From a virus, in the IMG/VR virus record IMGVR_UViG_3300017917_003893, positions 64,001 through 128,000 of that record: a stretch of 64,000 nt of DNA. One strand, written 5' to 3'. Within the stretch, counting starts at the first letter, position 1, and every line of letters begins with the position of its first letter. The position numbers were made by a program, and so were the translations under genes. Shown in pieces: positions 28,636 through 37,483 of the stretch. The notes beneath the pieces were generated by a model. The model saw only the letters and a list, made by a program, of their open reading frames with translations, did no database searches and had not been told where the DNA came from.

Positions 28636-30843
28636 ATGAAAATTGAAAAATACTCAGATTTCAACAATCAAAATATATCCGAAGAAATAGATTGGGAAAA
28701 TATAAAATATAAACTAGGTAAACTAGGATCTATTACTAAAGGTGGTAAATTTTTTGGTAGAAAAAAACAAGATGCTAAGGCTAAAGAGGAAATTGAAGCC
28801 TTACTTAAAGATGCTAATAATAAATTTATTAGCGATATGGATAAAAAACTAAAAGAGGTAGCACCTGAGTTTCCAAACAATAAAAGTAGAGACCAGTTCT
28901 TAGAAGCACTTTCAATAATTTCAGCTACATATGACTCAATAATTCAAGCTTGTCATAAAACATACGAAATACACGCATACTCAAGTAGTCGTGAAGATTT
29001 AAAAGATGAAGATAATAAAGGTTTTTTGAAAACAGATAAAGATGGTAATATAATTACCACTCTTAAACCAGGTGATGAGAATTATATGACAATTGAAATG
29101 GCTAATGCTTTAATTCAGTCATTACAAAAATATATGAAAAAACTAATAGACTATGATTTATCAACATCTTACACAGTTTTTGAAAAAAATACTATAACAG
29201 AAGAAGAAGCTGAATATTTAATTAATAAGTTAAATGAAGAGATATCATTAAATCCTTTTAATTGGTTTAAAAAGAAACAAGAATCACCTGCTCTTACTTC
29301 AGGTACTGATACGGCTACTAAAAAAATGGTACACTCTACTAAATATGAAAAGATATTTGGTGGTTTAGGTGTTGCTTTAGGTGTATTTGGTTGGGTTGTT
29401 CAAACAGAATGGTTTAGAACAATGATGGAGTCTTGGTTGAATAAACCAGAAATAACAAAAGATGTTATAAGTAAAGATATTAAAAATATAGGAATGGAAG
29501 TTAAAGATGGTGAAGGTTTAACTCAGGCACTTAACAGAACATTAGGTACAGATTTTAATAAGAATACACCCGTTTCAGAATTTGTTAGTACTCTTAGAGA
29601 TAAGGGATTTGGTAATAATCCTACTGAGATATTTAATAATTTAGGTATTGATTCTTTATCACCAAATGCTAATTTTAATGCAGATGCTGTTACAGCTTTA
29701 AGTGGTGGTGGTAATTTACAAAATGCTTTTTCAGGAATTTTTCACGGTAGAGGTGGTACTTTATTGGCTCTTAATCCAGGGGAATTTTTAGCAAAACAAA
29801 TAACAACACAAGTAACAAAGGTTGTTGTTCAACAAGCTGTTAAAGTAGGAACAACTATTGCTACTGGTTTAGCGGCAGCAGGTCCTTTTATTACTGGTTT
29901 AGGTATAGCTATGGTTGCTGGTGCTATAACATCTTGGTTGTTAAAAAGAAAGGCTAAGAAATCTTCTAGATATAAAGACTTACAAGAACTTTTAGAGAAA
30001 TTCAAGCTAATTGAGTTACAACAAGGTTATAGAAAGAGTCCTATTAAATATGAAGATGGTGAAGAGTTTACACCAATTGGTAATGATGAAACTGGTGGTA
30101 CTGTTGAGTCATCTGGTGTTAGTGAGAAGTCAATTTATTCTTTAATGATTAAAAACTTAACTCAGTTAAGAAGTTTAATTAGCACTTCAGAAGGTGTTAG
30201 ATTAGAAGGCGAAAAAGACTCAATTAAAGGTGCTGAACTTGGAAAATCAAAAAGACAAAAAGAAGTATCTAAAAGAAGAGTTAATAAACCAGCACTTGCT
30301 GAAAATTTAATATTAAGATATAATGATTTGATAACTGAGGAAGATAGATTTGGTCAGCAACGTAATGTTGAGATAATGAAGACTGAAGAATATTTAACTC
30401 AAGCTTTCACTAATATTAGAAAGTCTTTAAAGTCATTAAAAGATGAAAAAGATAAAGGTATTGGAGTTACATATGATTTCATAGGTGATATTCTTGATAA
30501 GAAAATGGATTCTGGCACAAAAGAACCAATTAAGAACTTATATTCTGAAATATATGATTATCTATATGGTTCTAAATCTAAAACTGTAAGTGATTTAGGA
30601 GCTTTATATAAAGAAAGTGTTGAAGTTATTTCTAATAAGGCTAAAAGACAAGTTGTTGCTGAAAAAATAGCTAGATTCTCAAAAAGATCTTTACAGTTTG
30701 AAGGTGAAGGTTTTTATGGTGGTATGGGTCAGTTTGGATCAGACTTACAGGATTTTAATAAATCACTTAAAGATATAATGAATTACTTTAAAGAAAATAG
30801 TCAAGTAAAAGAATCTAAAATACAAAGATTCAAAGATATGTAA
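28636..30843 (+). CDS. Large putative virion internal/ejection protein with TM segments
   Basis: N-terminus MKIEKYSDF, late motif upstream, two hydrophobic regions. Confidence 0.6.
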   Translation: MKIEKYSDFNNQNISEEIDWENIKYKLGKLGSITKGGKFFGRKKQDAKAKEEIEALLKDANNKFISDMDKKLKEVAPEFPNNKSRDQFLEALSIISATYDSIIQACHKTYEIHAYSSSREDLKDEDNKGFLKTDKDGNIITTLKPGDENYMTIEMANALIQSLQKYMKKLIDYDLSTSYTVFEKNTITEEEAEYLINKLNEEISLNPFNWFKKKQESPALTSGTDTATKKMVHSTKYEKIFGGLGVALGVFGWVVQTEWFRTMMESWLNKPEITKDVISKDIKNIGMEVKDGEGLTQALNRTLGTDFNKNTPVSEFVSTLRDKGFGNNPTEIFNNLGIDSLSPNANFNADAVTALSGGGNLQNAFSGIFHGRGGTLLALNPGEFLAKQITTQVTKVVVQQAVKVGTTIATGLAAAGPFITGLGIAMVAGAITSWLLKRKAKKSSRYKDLQELLEKFKLIELQQGYRKSPIKYEDGEEFTPIGNDETGGTVESSGVSEKSIYSLMIKNLTQLRSLISTSEGVRLEGEKDSIKGAELGKSKRQKEVSKRRVNKPALAENLILRYNDLITEEDRFGQQRNVEIMKTEEYLTQAFTNIRKSLKSLKDEKDKGIGVTYDFIGDILDKKMDSGTKEPIKNLYSEIYDYLYGSKSKTVSDLGALYKESVEVISNKAKRQVVAEKIARFSKRSLQFEGEGFYGGMGQFGSDLQDFNKSLKDIMNYFKENSQVKESKIQRFKDM

Positions 30844-30849
30844 AAAAAG

Positions 30850-30877
30850 AAAACCTCTGATAAATCAGAGGTTTTTT
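30850..30877. terminator. Bidirectional terminator
   Basis: aaaacctctga-taaa-tcagaggtttttt. Confidence 0.8.
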
Positions 30878-31527
30878 TAATTTATTTTAATAGGTTCCCA
30901 AATTACTTCAGGCATTTTTTCTTTAACAACTTTAGTTGCTCTTTTTAGATATTTTGGATTATCATCATAAAAAATAGCTTTTTTGAAACCGGTTTCTTTT
31001 AATATTTCAACTATTTTTTCACCTTTCCAAATTCCCAAATTTCTTGAACCTTTAGGTGCCATATGTAATCCATATTTAGGTAGTTTTAGTCCTAGTTGTA
31101 ATAATCTATCAACTATTTTACCTCTTATAGTTTCTTCTCTTGCTGTAACAATACATTTATTTTCAACTGATTTGTATAAGTCTGATACTTCTTTTAATGT
31201 ATTAGGTAAGCTTATGTTTGATGTGTGAAATAAATTAGGTGTTGTTAAATACATTCTATCACCTTTTCTAACCCAGTTTCCGAACTCTTTAATTTGTTTA
31301 TTTGGATCTGGTATATAAATTCTATTATCCTGCCATTTTAAGTCATTTAATGATACGCCAATTCTATTAACTGATTGTATCAATAGGTCTTTAATAGTTA
31401 CATCTTCTTTTAAATATTGAATAGCTAGTTCTTCAAATGATGGTGAATTTACAAGTGTGTCATCAAAATCAAATACATGAAGCGTTTCTTCATCACTTGT
31501 AAATTCATTATAGGTTTTAATTTTCAT
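30877..31527 (-). CDS. HAD-superfamily phosphatase (RNA-repair/Swiss-army-knife type)
   Basis: Motifs VFDFDDTLV, IVTAR, K and FYDD; probable start MKIKTYNEF. Confidence 0.75.
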   Translation of the reverse strand: MKIKTYNEFTSDEETLHVFDFDDTLVNSPSFEELAIQYLKEDVTIKDLLIQSVNRIGVSLNDLKWQDNRIYIPDPNKQIKEFGNWVRKGDRMYLTTPNLFHTSNISLPNTLKEVSDLYKSVENKCIVTAREETIRGKIVDRLLQLGLKLPKYGLHMAPKGSRNLGIWKGEKIVEILKETGFKKAIFYDDNPKYLKRATKVVKEKMPEVIWEPIKIN

Positions 31528-31705
31528 TGACTTCAAAAAATATATCTATTATATCTTGAAACTCTTTACCAAAGTGTTCAACACATAATGTATATATTTC
31601 TTCTTTCAATTCAAAACCTTGCTCAAAGAGCTGTTCTACATAATATTCAACATCATCTACTGATGTATAAATATTAAACTCATCATAATCTGGTACTAGC
31701 AACAT
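31517..31705 (-). CDS. Small acidic hypothetical protein
   Basis: 62-aa ORF coupled to the HAD gene. Confidence 0.55.
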   Translation of the reverse strand: MLLVPDYDEFNIYTSVDDVEYYVEQLFEQGFELKEEIYTLCVEHFGKEFQDIIDIFFEVNEN

Positions 31706-31814
31706 AAAATGGAAGATATTTTTACTTATATATTATTAAAAACCTTTGAAAATTCAATTTTTTCAAACAATTTTGAAAAAAATAATATAAATTTTACAAA
31801 AAGTTTAAAGAAAT

Positions 31815-33482
31815 ATGTCTCTAAAAAAAGATCTTGCTAAATATAAGCCCCGTAAAGAACAAAGAGAAGCTCTCGATTTTATAGAAAGTGAGTATCTAAA
31901 GAATAAAATGAACAAGTTTTTTTTATTAAATCTTCCAGTTGGAAGTGGAAAATCACACTTAGCATTAATGATTGCTGACTGGTATAAAAAGAATGTTAAT
32001 AAAACTGCAAAAGTAGATATAATCACTAATAGTAAAATATTACAAGACCAGTATTCTGGTACTTATGAGTCAATTAGTGATTTAAAGGGAAAAGAAAATT
32101 ACGAATGTGAACAATATTCTTGTTCTTGTGCTCAAGGTGCTGAGTTTAATAGATTAAATAAAACATCTTGTGAAAGTTGTCCTTATACCTATGCTAAGGA
32201 GTCTTTTATTAGTGGTGGTATTTCTTTAACTAACTTTTATCTTTATATACTTTATGCTATCTATAATCAAAAACTACTTGAGAGTAGAGATTCTAGAGTT
32301 TTAATAGTTGATGAGGCTCATGAGTTTGATGATGTAATGTCTGACTTTATTACTATTAAAATAACTGAAGGTATAGTGAAGAAGTATAAATTTTCAAATG
32401 AGTATGAGATAATGAAACAGTTAAAATCTGTTACAACAATATCTCAGTACGTTGATTTTTTAAGATTTCTTAACGGTGAAGTTATATCTACAATTGAAGA
32501 TATGGAGAAAGGTTTGTCTAAATCACCAAGAAATGTTAGACAAGACAAACGTGATTTAAAAATTAATAAAATTATTGGTGGTAAAAACTCAGATGTTAAG
32601 ACAATGCAGTTAGCAACCGATTTAAGACAATTACAATTAAAGATTGAAGTTTTTTTAAAAGAGTATAAAGATAATCCAAACAACTGGGTTCTTGAGTCTT
32701 CCTATAATGAAAAGGCTAAACAAAAAGAGCTATCACTTGAGCCAATATGGGCATATGATTACTTAGATAAATATGTATTTAGTAACTATGATATGGTTAT
32801 AATGATGTCGGGTACTATTTTAGATAAAAATCTATTTTGTCAGTTAAATGGCTTAGATGTTACTAAAGCAGTTTACTATTCAATAAGAAGTCCTTTCTCA
32901 TTAAAGAATAGACCTATTTACTATATGCCACTTGGTAAGATGTCCTATAAGTCAAAAGACGAGACATTTAAGAGATATATTCCTTACATAAAAAAACTAC
33001 TTGATAAGTATAAAAATAAGAAAGGTATAATACATACTAACTCTTTTGAACTAGCTAAATGGATTCAAGAATCAATTAAAGATCCAAGATTAATTTTTCA
33101 TGATTCTCAGAATAAAGATGAGATGTTAAAGATGCATAAAGATTCGGAAGAGCCAACAGTAATAGTTAGTCCTTCTATGGACACTGGAGTTTCATTTGAT
33201 AATGATGATGCTAGATTTCAAATAATAGCTAAAGTTCCTTATCCAAGTTTAGCATCTCAGAAAAATAAACTTAGACAGTCTAATAATCCTGATTGGTATT
33301 CTTGGAAAACAGTTGCTGGTTTAGTTCAAATGACTGGTAGACCTGTTAGATCTGAAATTGACTATGCTGATACTATTATACTAGATGGTTCTTTTGGTGA
33401 TGTTATTAAACATAGTTCACAATTTATTCCAGATTGGATTCAAGAGGCTATTAAAAAAGTTAATGTTAAAATTGAGGCATAA
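31815..33482 (+). CDS. DinG/Rad3-like SF2 helicase
   Basis: Q motif, PVGSGKS, Cys cluster, DEAH, MSGT, GVSF, KVPYP and QMTGRPVR. Confidence 0.88.
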   Translation: MSLKKDLAKYKPRKEQREALDFIESEYLKNKMNKFFLLNLPVGSGKSHLALMIADWYKKNVNKTAKVDIITNSKILQDQYSGTYESISDLKGKENYECEQYSCSCAQGAEFNRLNKTSCESCPYTYAKESFISGGISLTNFYLYILYAIYNQKLLESRDSRVLIVDEAHEFDDVMSDFITIKITEGIVKKYKFSNEYEIMKQLKSVTTISQYVDFLRFLNGEVISTIEDMEKGLSKSPRNVRQDKRDLKINKIIGGKNSDVKTMQLATDLRQLQLKIEVFLKEYKDNPNNWVLESSYNEKAKQKELSLEPIWAYDYLDKYVFSNYDMVIMMSGTILDKNLFCQLNGLDVTKAVYYSIRSPFSLKNRPIYYMPLGKMSYKSKDETFKRYIPYIKKLLDKYKNKKGIIHTNSFELAKWIQESIKDPRLIFHDSQNKDEMLKMHKDSEEPTVIVSPSMDTGVSFDNDDARFQIIAKVPYPSLASQKNKLRQSNNPDWYSWKTVAGLVQMTGRPVRSEIDYADTIILDGSFGDVIKHSSQFIPDWIQEAIKKVNVKIEA

Positions 33483-33508
33483 AAAAACCCACCAATTGGT
33501 GGGTTTTT
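33481..33508. terminator. Bidirectional terminator
   Basis: aaaaaaacccacc-aatt-ggtgggttttt. Confidence 0.85.
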
Positions 33509-33529
33509 CTTTTTATTTTAAGTTAAAAA

Positions 33530-34051
33530 TTATTTCTTTTTTGCTAAAATTGACTTTTGAAGAGCCGCTGGTAACTTCTTTTGTGCTGCAGTTAAACCTT
33601 TAGTTTCTTTTTTATCATCTTTCTTATCTTCTTTAGCTTCTTTAGCCGCTTTTTTCATAGGCTCTTTTTTATCACCATCTTTATCTAAGTCTAAAAAATC
33701 AGGTTTAGCTTTTTTACCACCTTTTTCTTCTTTCTTGTCATCTTTTTTATCTTTCTTAGCTTTTTGTTTGTCTAAGAATGCTTGGAATCCAGCGTTTACT
33801 TTTTTCTTTTCAACAACTTCATCGCCCCAAACTCTACCTTTTTCATCTTCTCTTTCATCTTCAAAAGTTTCTTCTTCTTCTCTTTCTTCTCTTTCTTCCA
33901 TTTCTTCTTCAAAATCTTCTGAGTTATAGATTTCTTCCTCTTCTTGATCGAACGCTTGTTCGTTTTCGTAAGGGTTGTTAATTTCTTCTTCTTCGGAGAA
34001 TCTTCCTAAGTCTTGTCCTGAGAAGTTTTCAAATTTTTTTAAGTATTTCAT
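33530..34051 (-). CDS. Acidic/basic bipartite putative virion internal protein with EF-hand-like DLDKDGD motif
   Basis: N-terminus MKYLKKFENF; Glu-rich first half, Lys-rich second half; KPDFLDLDKDGDKKEPMKKA. Confidence 0.7.
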   Translation of the reverse strand: MKYLKKFENFSGQDLGRFSEEEEINNPYENEQAFDQEEEEIYNSEDFEEEMEEREEREEEETFEDEREDEKGRVWGDEVVEKKKVNAGFQAFLDKQKAKKDKKDDKKEEKGGKKAKPDFLDLDKDGDKKEPMKKAAKEAKEDKKDDKKETKGLTAAQKKLPAALQKSILAKKK

Positions 34052-34203
34052 TTTAGCGTAAATAATTTTTTATAACTTATATATTAAGTATATAAAGCCA
34101 TTTTCTTGTTTTTTATATATACTTATATTAAACTTTTAAATTTTTTTGAATTTACTCAATAATTAAAAGTGAAATTTGAAAATTGAAATTAATATATAGA
34201 TTT

Positions 34204-34998
34204 ATGAAGGTACAAAGATTTTCTGAATATGAGTTTGAGATAGAAGCCGCTCAACTTTTTTTAAATTCATTTGATAACATGGTAAATGAATCTGATGAAT
34301 CTCATCTTAAAAAAATAATGAGAAAGGTTATTTCTGACTTAAAATTAAATACTAGTCTTGTATTTACATTTGGTGCTGGTATTGGTGCTTGTTATCCAGT
34401 TGTTCAAAGTCTTATGCAAAATATGGGTGTTGACTCTTTTGTACTTTCTGAAGAATCTATTTTACTCTTAACAATTACTGCTTTAACAATACTATACTTA
34501 GAAGAAAAAAAGTGTAAAAGTATAGATGAAGAAGAACGTCTAACAAAAGATGCTAAGTCTATGTTAGAAGAATTAAAGATGAAAGGTATTGGTAACGGTA
34601 TAGTTAAAAAGGTTATCGCATCACTAAAATCTATTAAAAACATATTTAATGTTATAGGTAAACACATCGGTGCTGTTATAGGTGGTGTTGTTGATATGTT
34701 TGCTTACACTTCACTTTTAATTCCTATCATGAATGGTATTTTGGCTATCATTAAAAAATATGATTTAAATTTAGAAACACTAACTCAGAACCTTATAGGA
34801 CTTGCTGCTGGTATAGGTACTATAATAGCAAAGCATGGTATTGTTGAAATACTTAAAAGAATAAAGGATAAATTTAATATTAAAGTTGATCAAAAAGAAA
34901 TCATAGATGACTTAGAAACACCTTCTATTCAGAAGTTTTCGACATTTGGTGACGCTGAAAAAGAAGAACAACCTGGTGATTTAATCAAAGAGCAATAA
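34204..34998 (+). CDS. Hypothetical membrane-associated protein
   Basis: Start placed at the ATG just after AATATATA (MKVQRFSEYE); several hydrophobic helices. Confidence 0.65.
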   Translation: MKVQRFSEYEFEIEAAQLFLNSFDNMVNESDESHLKKIMRKVISDLKLNTSLVFTFGAGIGACYPVVQSLMQNMGVDSFVLSEESILLLTITALTILYLEEKKCKSIDEEERLTKDAKSMLEELKMKGIGNGIVKKVIASLKSIKNIFNVIGKHIGAVIGGVVDMFAYTSLLIPIMNGILAIIKKYDLNLETLTQNLIGLAAGIGTIIAKHGIVEILKRIKDKFNIKVDQKEIIDDLETPSIQKFSTFGDAEKEEQPGDLIKEQ

Positions 34999-35053
34999 GT
35001 TAATTAAAACTTAACTCTTACATTTCATATAATATAAAAATGAAATTGATTAA

Positions 35054-36385
35054 ATGACTCCTCAACTGGAAAAAGTATTCTTTAATTTTGTTCTTAGAAA
35101 TAAGAAGTACTTTGATATTGTAAAGCCTTACTTTTTCAGAAATTCTGAAATTCAATTTGTTTATGGTGTCATAAGAGAGTACATGAATAAAGGTACAGAT
35201 GCTCAAATACCTTCACCTAGACAAATTTTAGATATGGTCACTCTTGAAGATAAAGAGGGTATTATTACAAAAGAAATATTAAAATCTATATTACAAGTCG
35301 ACTTAAAAGAGTATGATGAGAAAAACTTTATTGAGCCAAAATTCAATGCTTGGGTTCTTTCAAATCGACTAAAAACAGGAACTGTTGATATTATAGATGA
35401 AACTAGAAATTTAGATACTATTTCTGATTTTGAAAAGGCTATAGAGACCGCTGATAGAATTAAAAGTATTGTAGACGAAATGTCTTCAACTAATTTTGTT
35501 CAAGATGATGATATGGGTTCTGACTTTGATGACCCTGAGATGCACGTTCAAGATTCTTCTAAATTTAAAGTTAAATGTGGATTTGACTCGATTGACCATA
35601 TGTTAGGTGGTGGTTGGGATATATCTACATTAAATGTGATAATGGCTGAAACTAATAACGGTAAGTCATTATGGATGCAAAACTTTGCTGTTAAGTCTGC
35701 TAATATGGGTCATAACGTTCTTTATATAACACTTGAAATGAGTGAAAGAAAAGTTATGAAGAGATTAGGTGCTATGCGTTTAAGAATTCCAATTAACGAT
35801 TATGATGTTATGTCAAAAGACGTTGATATGATTAAGAACAAAATATCTAATTTAAGTAAAACCGAAGGTAGTGCTGATCTTTTTGATAGAAAGGTCGGTA
35901 AAATAATAACTAAGTTTTGGGCGGCAGGTACTGCCACTATTTCGGATTTTGATTATTATATTCAAAAACTAAAAGAGAAAAAAGATATAAAAATTGATAT
36001 GGTTATTGTTGACTATATCACATTAGTTGCTGCTGGAAAAGGTACAGCGGCTGATAATCTTTACACAAAAGGAAAACATTTAGCTGAGGGTTTAAGAGCC
36101 TTAGGTGCTAAGTATAAATGTCCAGTTTTAACTGGTGTTCAAGTTGCTAAGGATGCTTGGAACTCATCTGATATAACATTAGAAAGTGTTCCTGAATCTA
36201 AAGCTATAGCAGAAACTGCTGACACATTTTTTGCTATAATAAGAACTGAGGAAATGAAAAGGCAAAATATTTATAGATTTAAACTTCTAAAACAAAGAGA
36301 TGGAGATTTTTTGAAATCTCAGATTAGACTTAATTTGAATCCTACATATTTGACTTTAGAAAACGATCAGTTTATAGACCAATAA
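35054..36385 (+). CDS. Replicative DnaB-like helicase (gp41-like)
   Basis: Motifs AETNNGKS, YITLEMSE, IVDYI, TGVQ, ESKAIAETAD and LKQRDG. Confidence 0.92.
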   Translation: MTPQLEKVFFNFVLRNKKYFDIVKPYFFRNSEIQFVYGVIREYMNKGTDAQIPSPRQILDMVTLEDKEGIITKEILKSILQVDLKEYDEKNFIEPKFNAWVLSNRLKTGTVDIIDETRNLDTISDFEKAIETADRIKSIVDEMSSTNFVQDDDMGSDFDDPEMHVQDSSKFKVKCGFDSIDHMLGGGWDISTLNVIMAETNNGKSLWMQNFAVKSANMGHNVLYITLEMSERKVMKRLGAMRLRIPINDYDVMSKDVDMIKNKISNLSKTEGSADLFDRKVGKIITKFWAAGTATISDFDYYIQKLKEKKDIKIDMVIVDYITLVAAGKGTAADNLYTKGKHLAEGLRALGAKYKCPVLTGVQVAKDAWNSSDITLESVPESKAIAETADTFFAIIRTEEMKRQNIYRFKLLKQRDGDFLKSQIRLNLNPTYLTLENDQFIDQ

Positions 36386-36415
36386 TTGGTTTAAAAAAAA
36401 TTAATAAAAAACTCT

Positions 36416-37384
36416 ATGGCTAAAAAAGTTAGAGATGAAGACGAATTTGATGATTTAGATAATGAACTTGATGATGAGTTAAATGACGATGTTTTATCTG
36501 ATGATGACTCTGATGAAGATGATTCTATATCTGATGATGAGATTAACATATCTGATGATGATGATAATTTAGATATTATCATTGAAATTGACGAGGACGA
36601 CCTTGATATAATAGAACCTAATTCTGATTCTGAATCAAAACCTGAAGAATCTGAGTCTGATGGTGTTATTCTTTCTAAACATAAAATAGAAGGAAAACAC
36701 TCATTAAAATATGACTCTATCTTTAAGGGTAAAAAAGAAGACCCTTTAGATGAAGAAGAAGGAACTACAATTGATATGTATCAAAAAGATACTATCGAGG
36801 TTGATAGATCATCTAATTACTATTTTGAATCAATTGATAATGAAAAGTATATTAGATCAAAACAAGTAAAAGAAAAAGTTTATGAAGTTTTATCAGAAAA
36901 CACAACAATTAACTTCTTAAACAATCGTAGAAAGCCTTCAAGGTCAGATTTTAATCAATATTATAATATTTTAAAGTCTAATCTTCAAACAGAAAGTTTT
37001 ACGAATGTTGAACTTTTTAATGAACTGGCGGTTTACTTTTCTGATAACTTATTCAACATGTTTAAGCTTCTTGATAAGAAGTGGAGAAATCTAATAATTC
37101 TTGAGTTACAAGATCATATTGGTAAAAACACAAATTCAAAAGAAATAACAAATAGAAATATCTATGAAGGTACAGAAGTTGAATTTGAATGGGAAGATGA
37201 TTTTACTGAACATAAAATTTTTATAACAGGTGATGTTGTTGAAGTTGATTATGAAAATTCAACTTTTAAAGTTAACTCATATGAGAGAATTTATGATGTT
37301 GAGATAACAATGATAACTAAAATTCTCAATAACACTAAGTTCAAATATAATTTAAATAAACTTAATAATATAGATTTTCTATAA
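36416..37384 (+). CDS. Hypothetical protein with Asp/Glu-rich N-terminus
   Basis: 322-aa ORF between the helicase and nrdA. Confidence 0.7.
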   Translation: MAKKVRDEDEFDDLDNELDDELNDDVLSDDDSDEDDSISDDEINISDDDDNLDIIIEIDEDDLDIIEPNSDSESKPEESESDGVILSKHKIEGKHSLKYDSIFKGKKEDPLDEEEGTTIDMYQKDTIEVDRSSNYYFESIDNEKYIRSKQVKEKVYEVLSENTTINFLNNRRKPSRSDFNQYYNILKSNLQTESFTNVELFNELAVYFSDNLFNMFKLLDKKWRNLIILELQDHIGKNTNSKEITNRNIYEGTEVEFEWEDDFTEHKIFITGDVVEVDYENSTFKVNSYERIYDVEITMITKILNNTKFKYNLNKLNNIDFL

Positions 37385-37483
37385 TTTTTTTGAGTGCTAT
37401 AAAAAACTCAAAAAAAAACAAAATGTGAACTTTTAAATAAAAAAACAGTCGGATATATAAAAGACAAAAAAAATTAAAAAAGT

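Noticed and set aside
36416-36620. GAT/GAA-rich low-complexity tract as a DNA repeat
   Set aside because: It simply encodes an Asp/Glu-rich protein segment. The same applies to 100-330 and 33840-33990.
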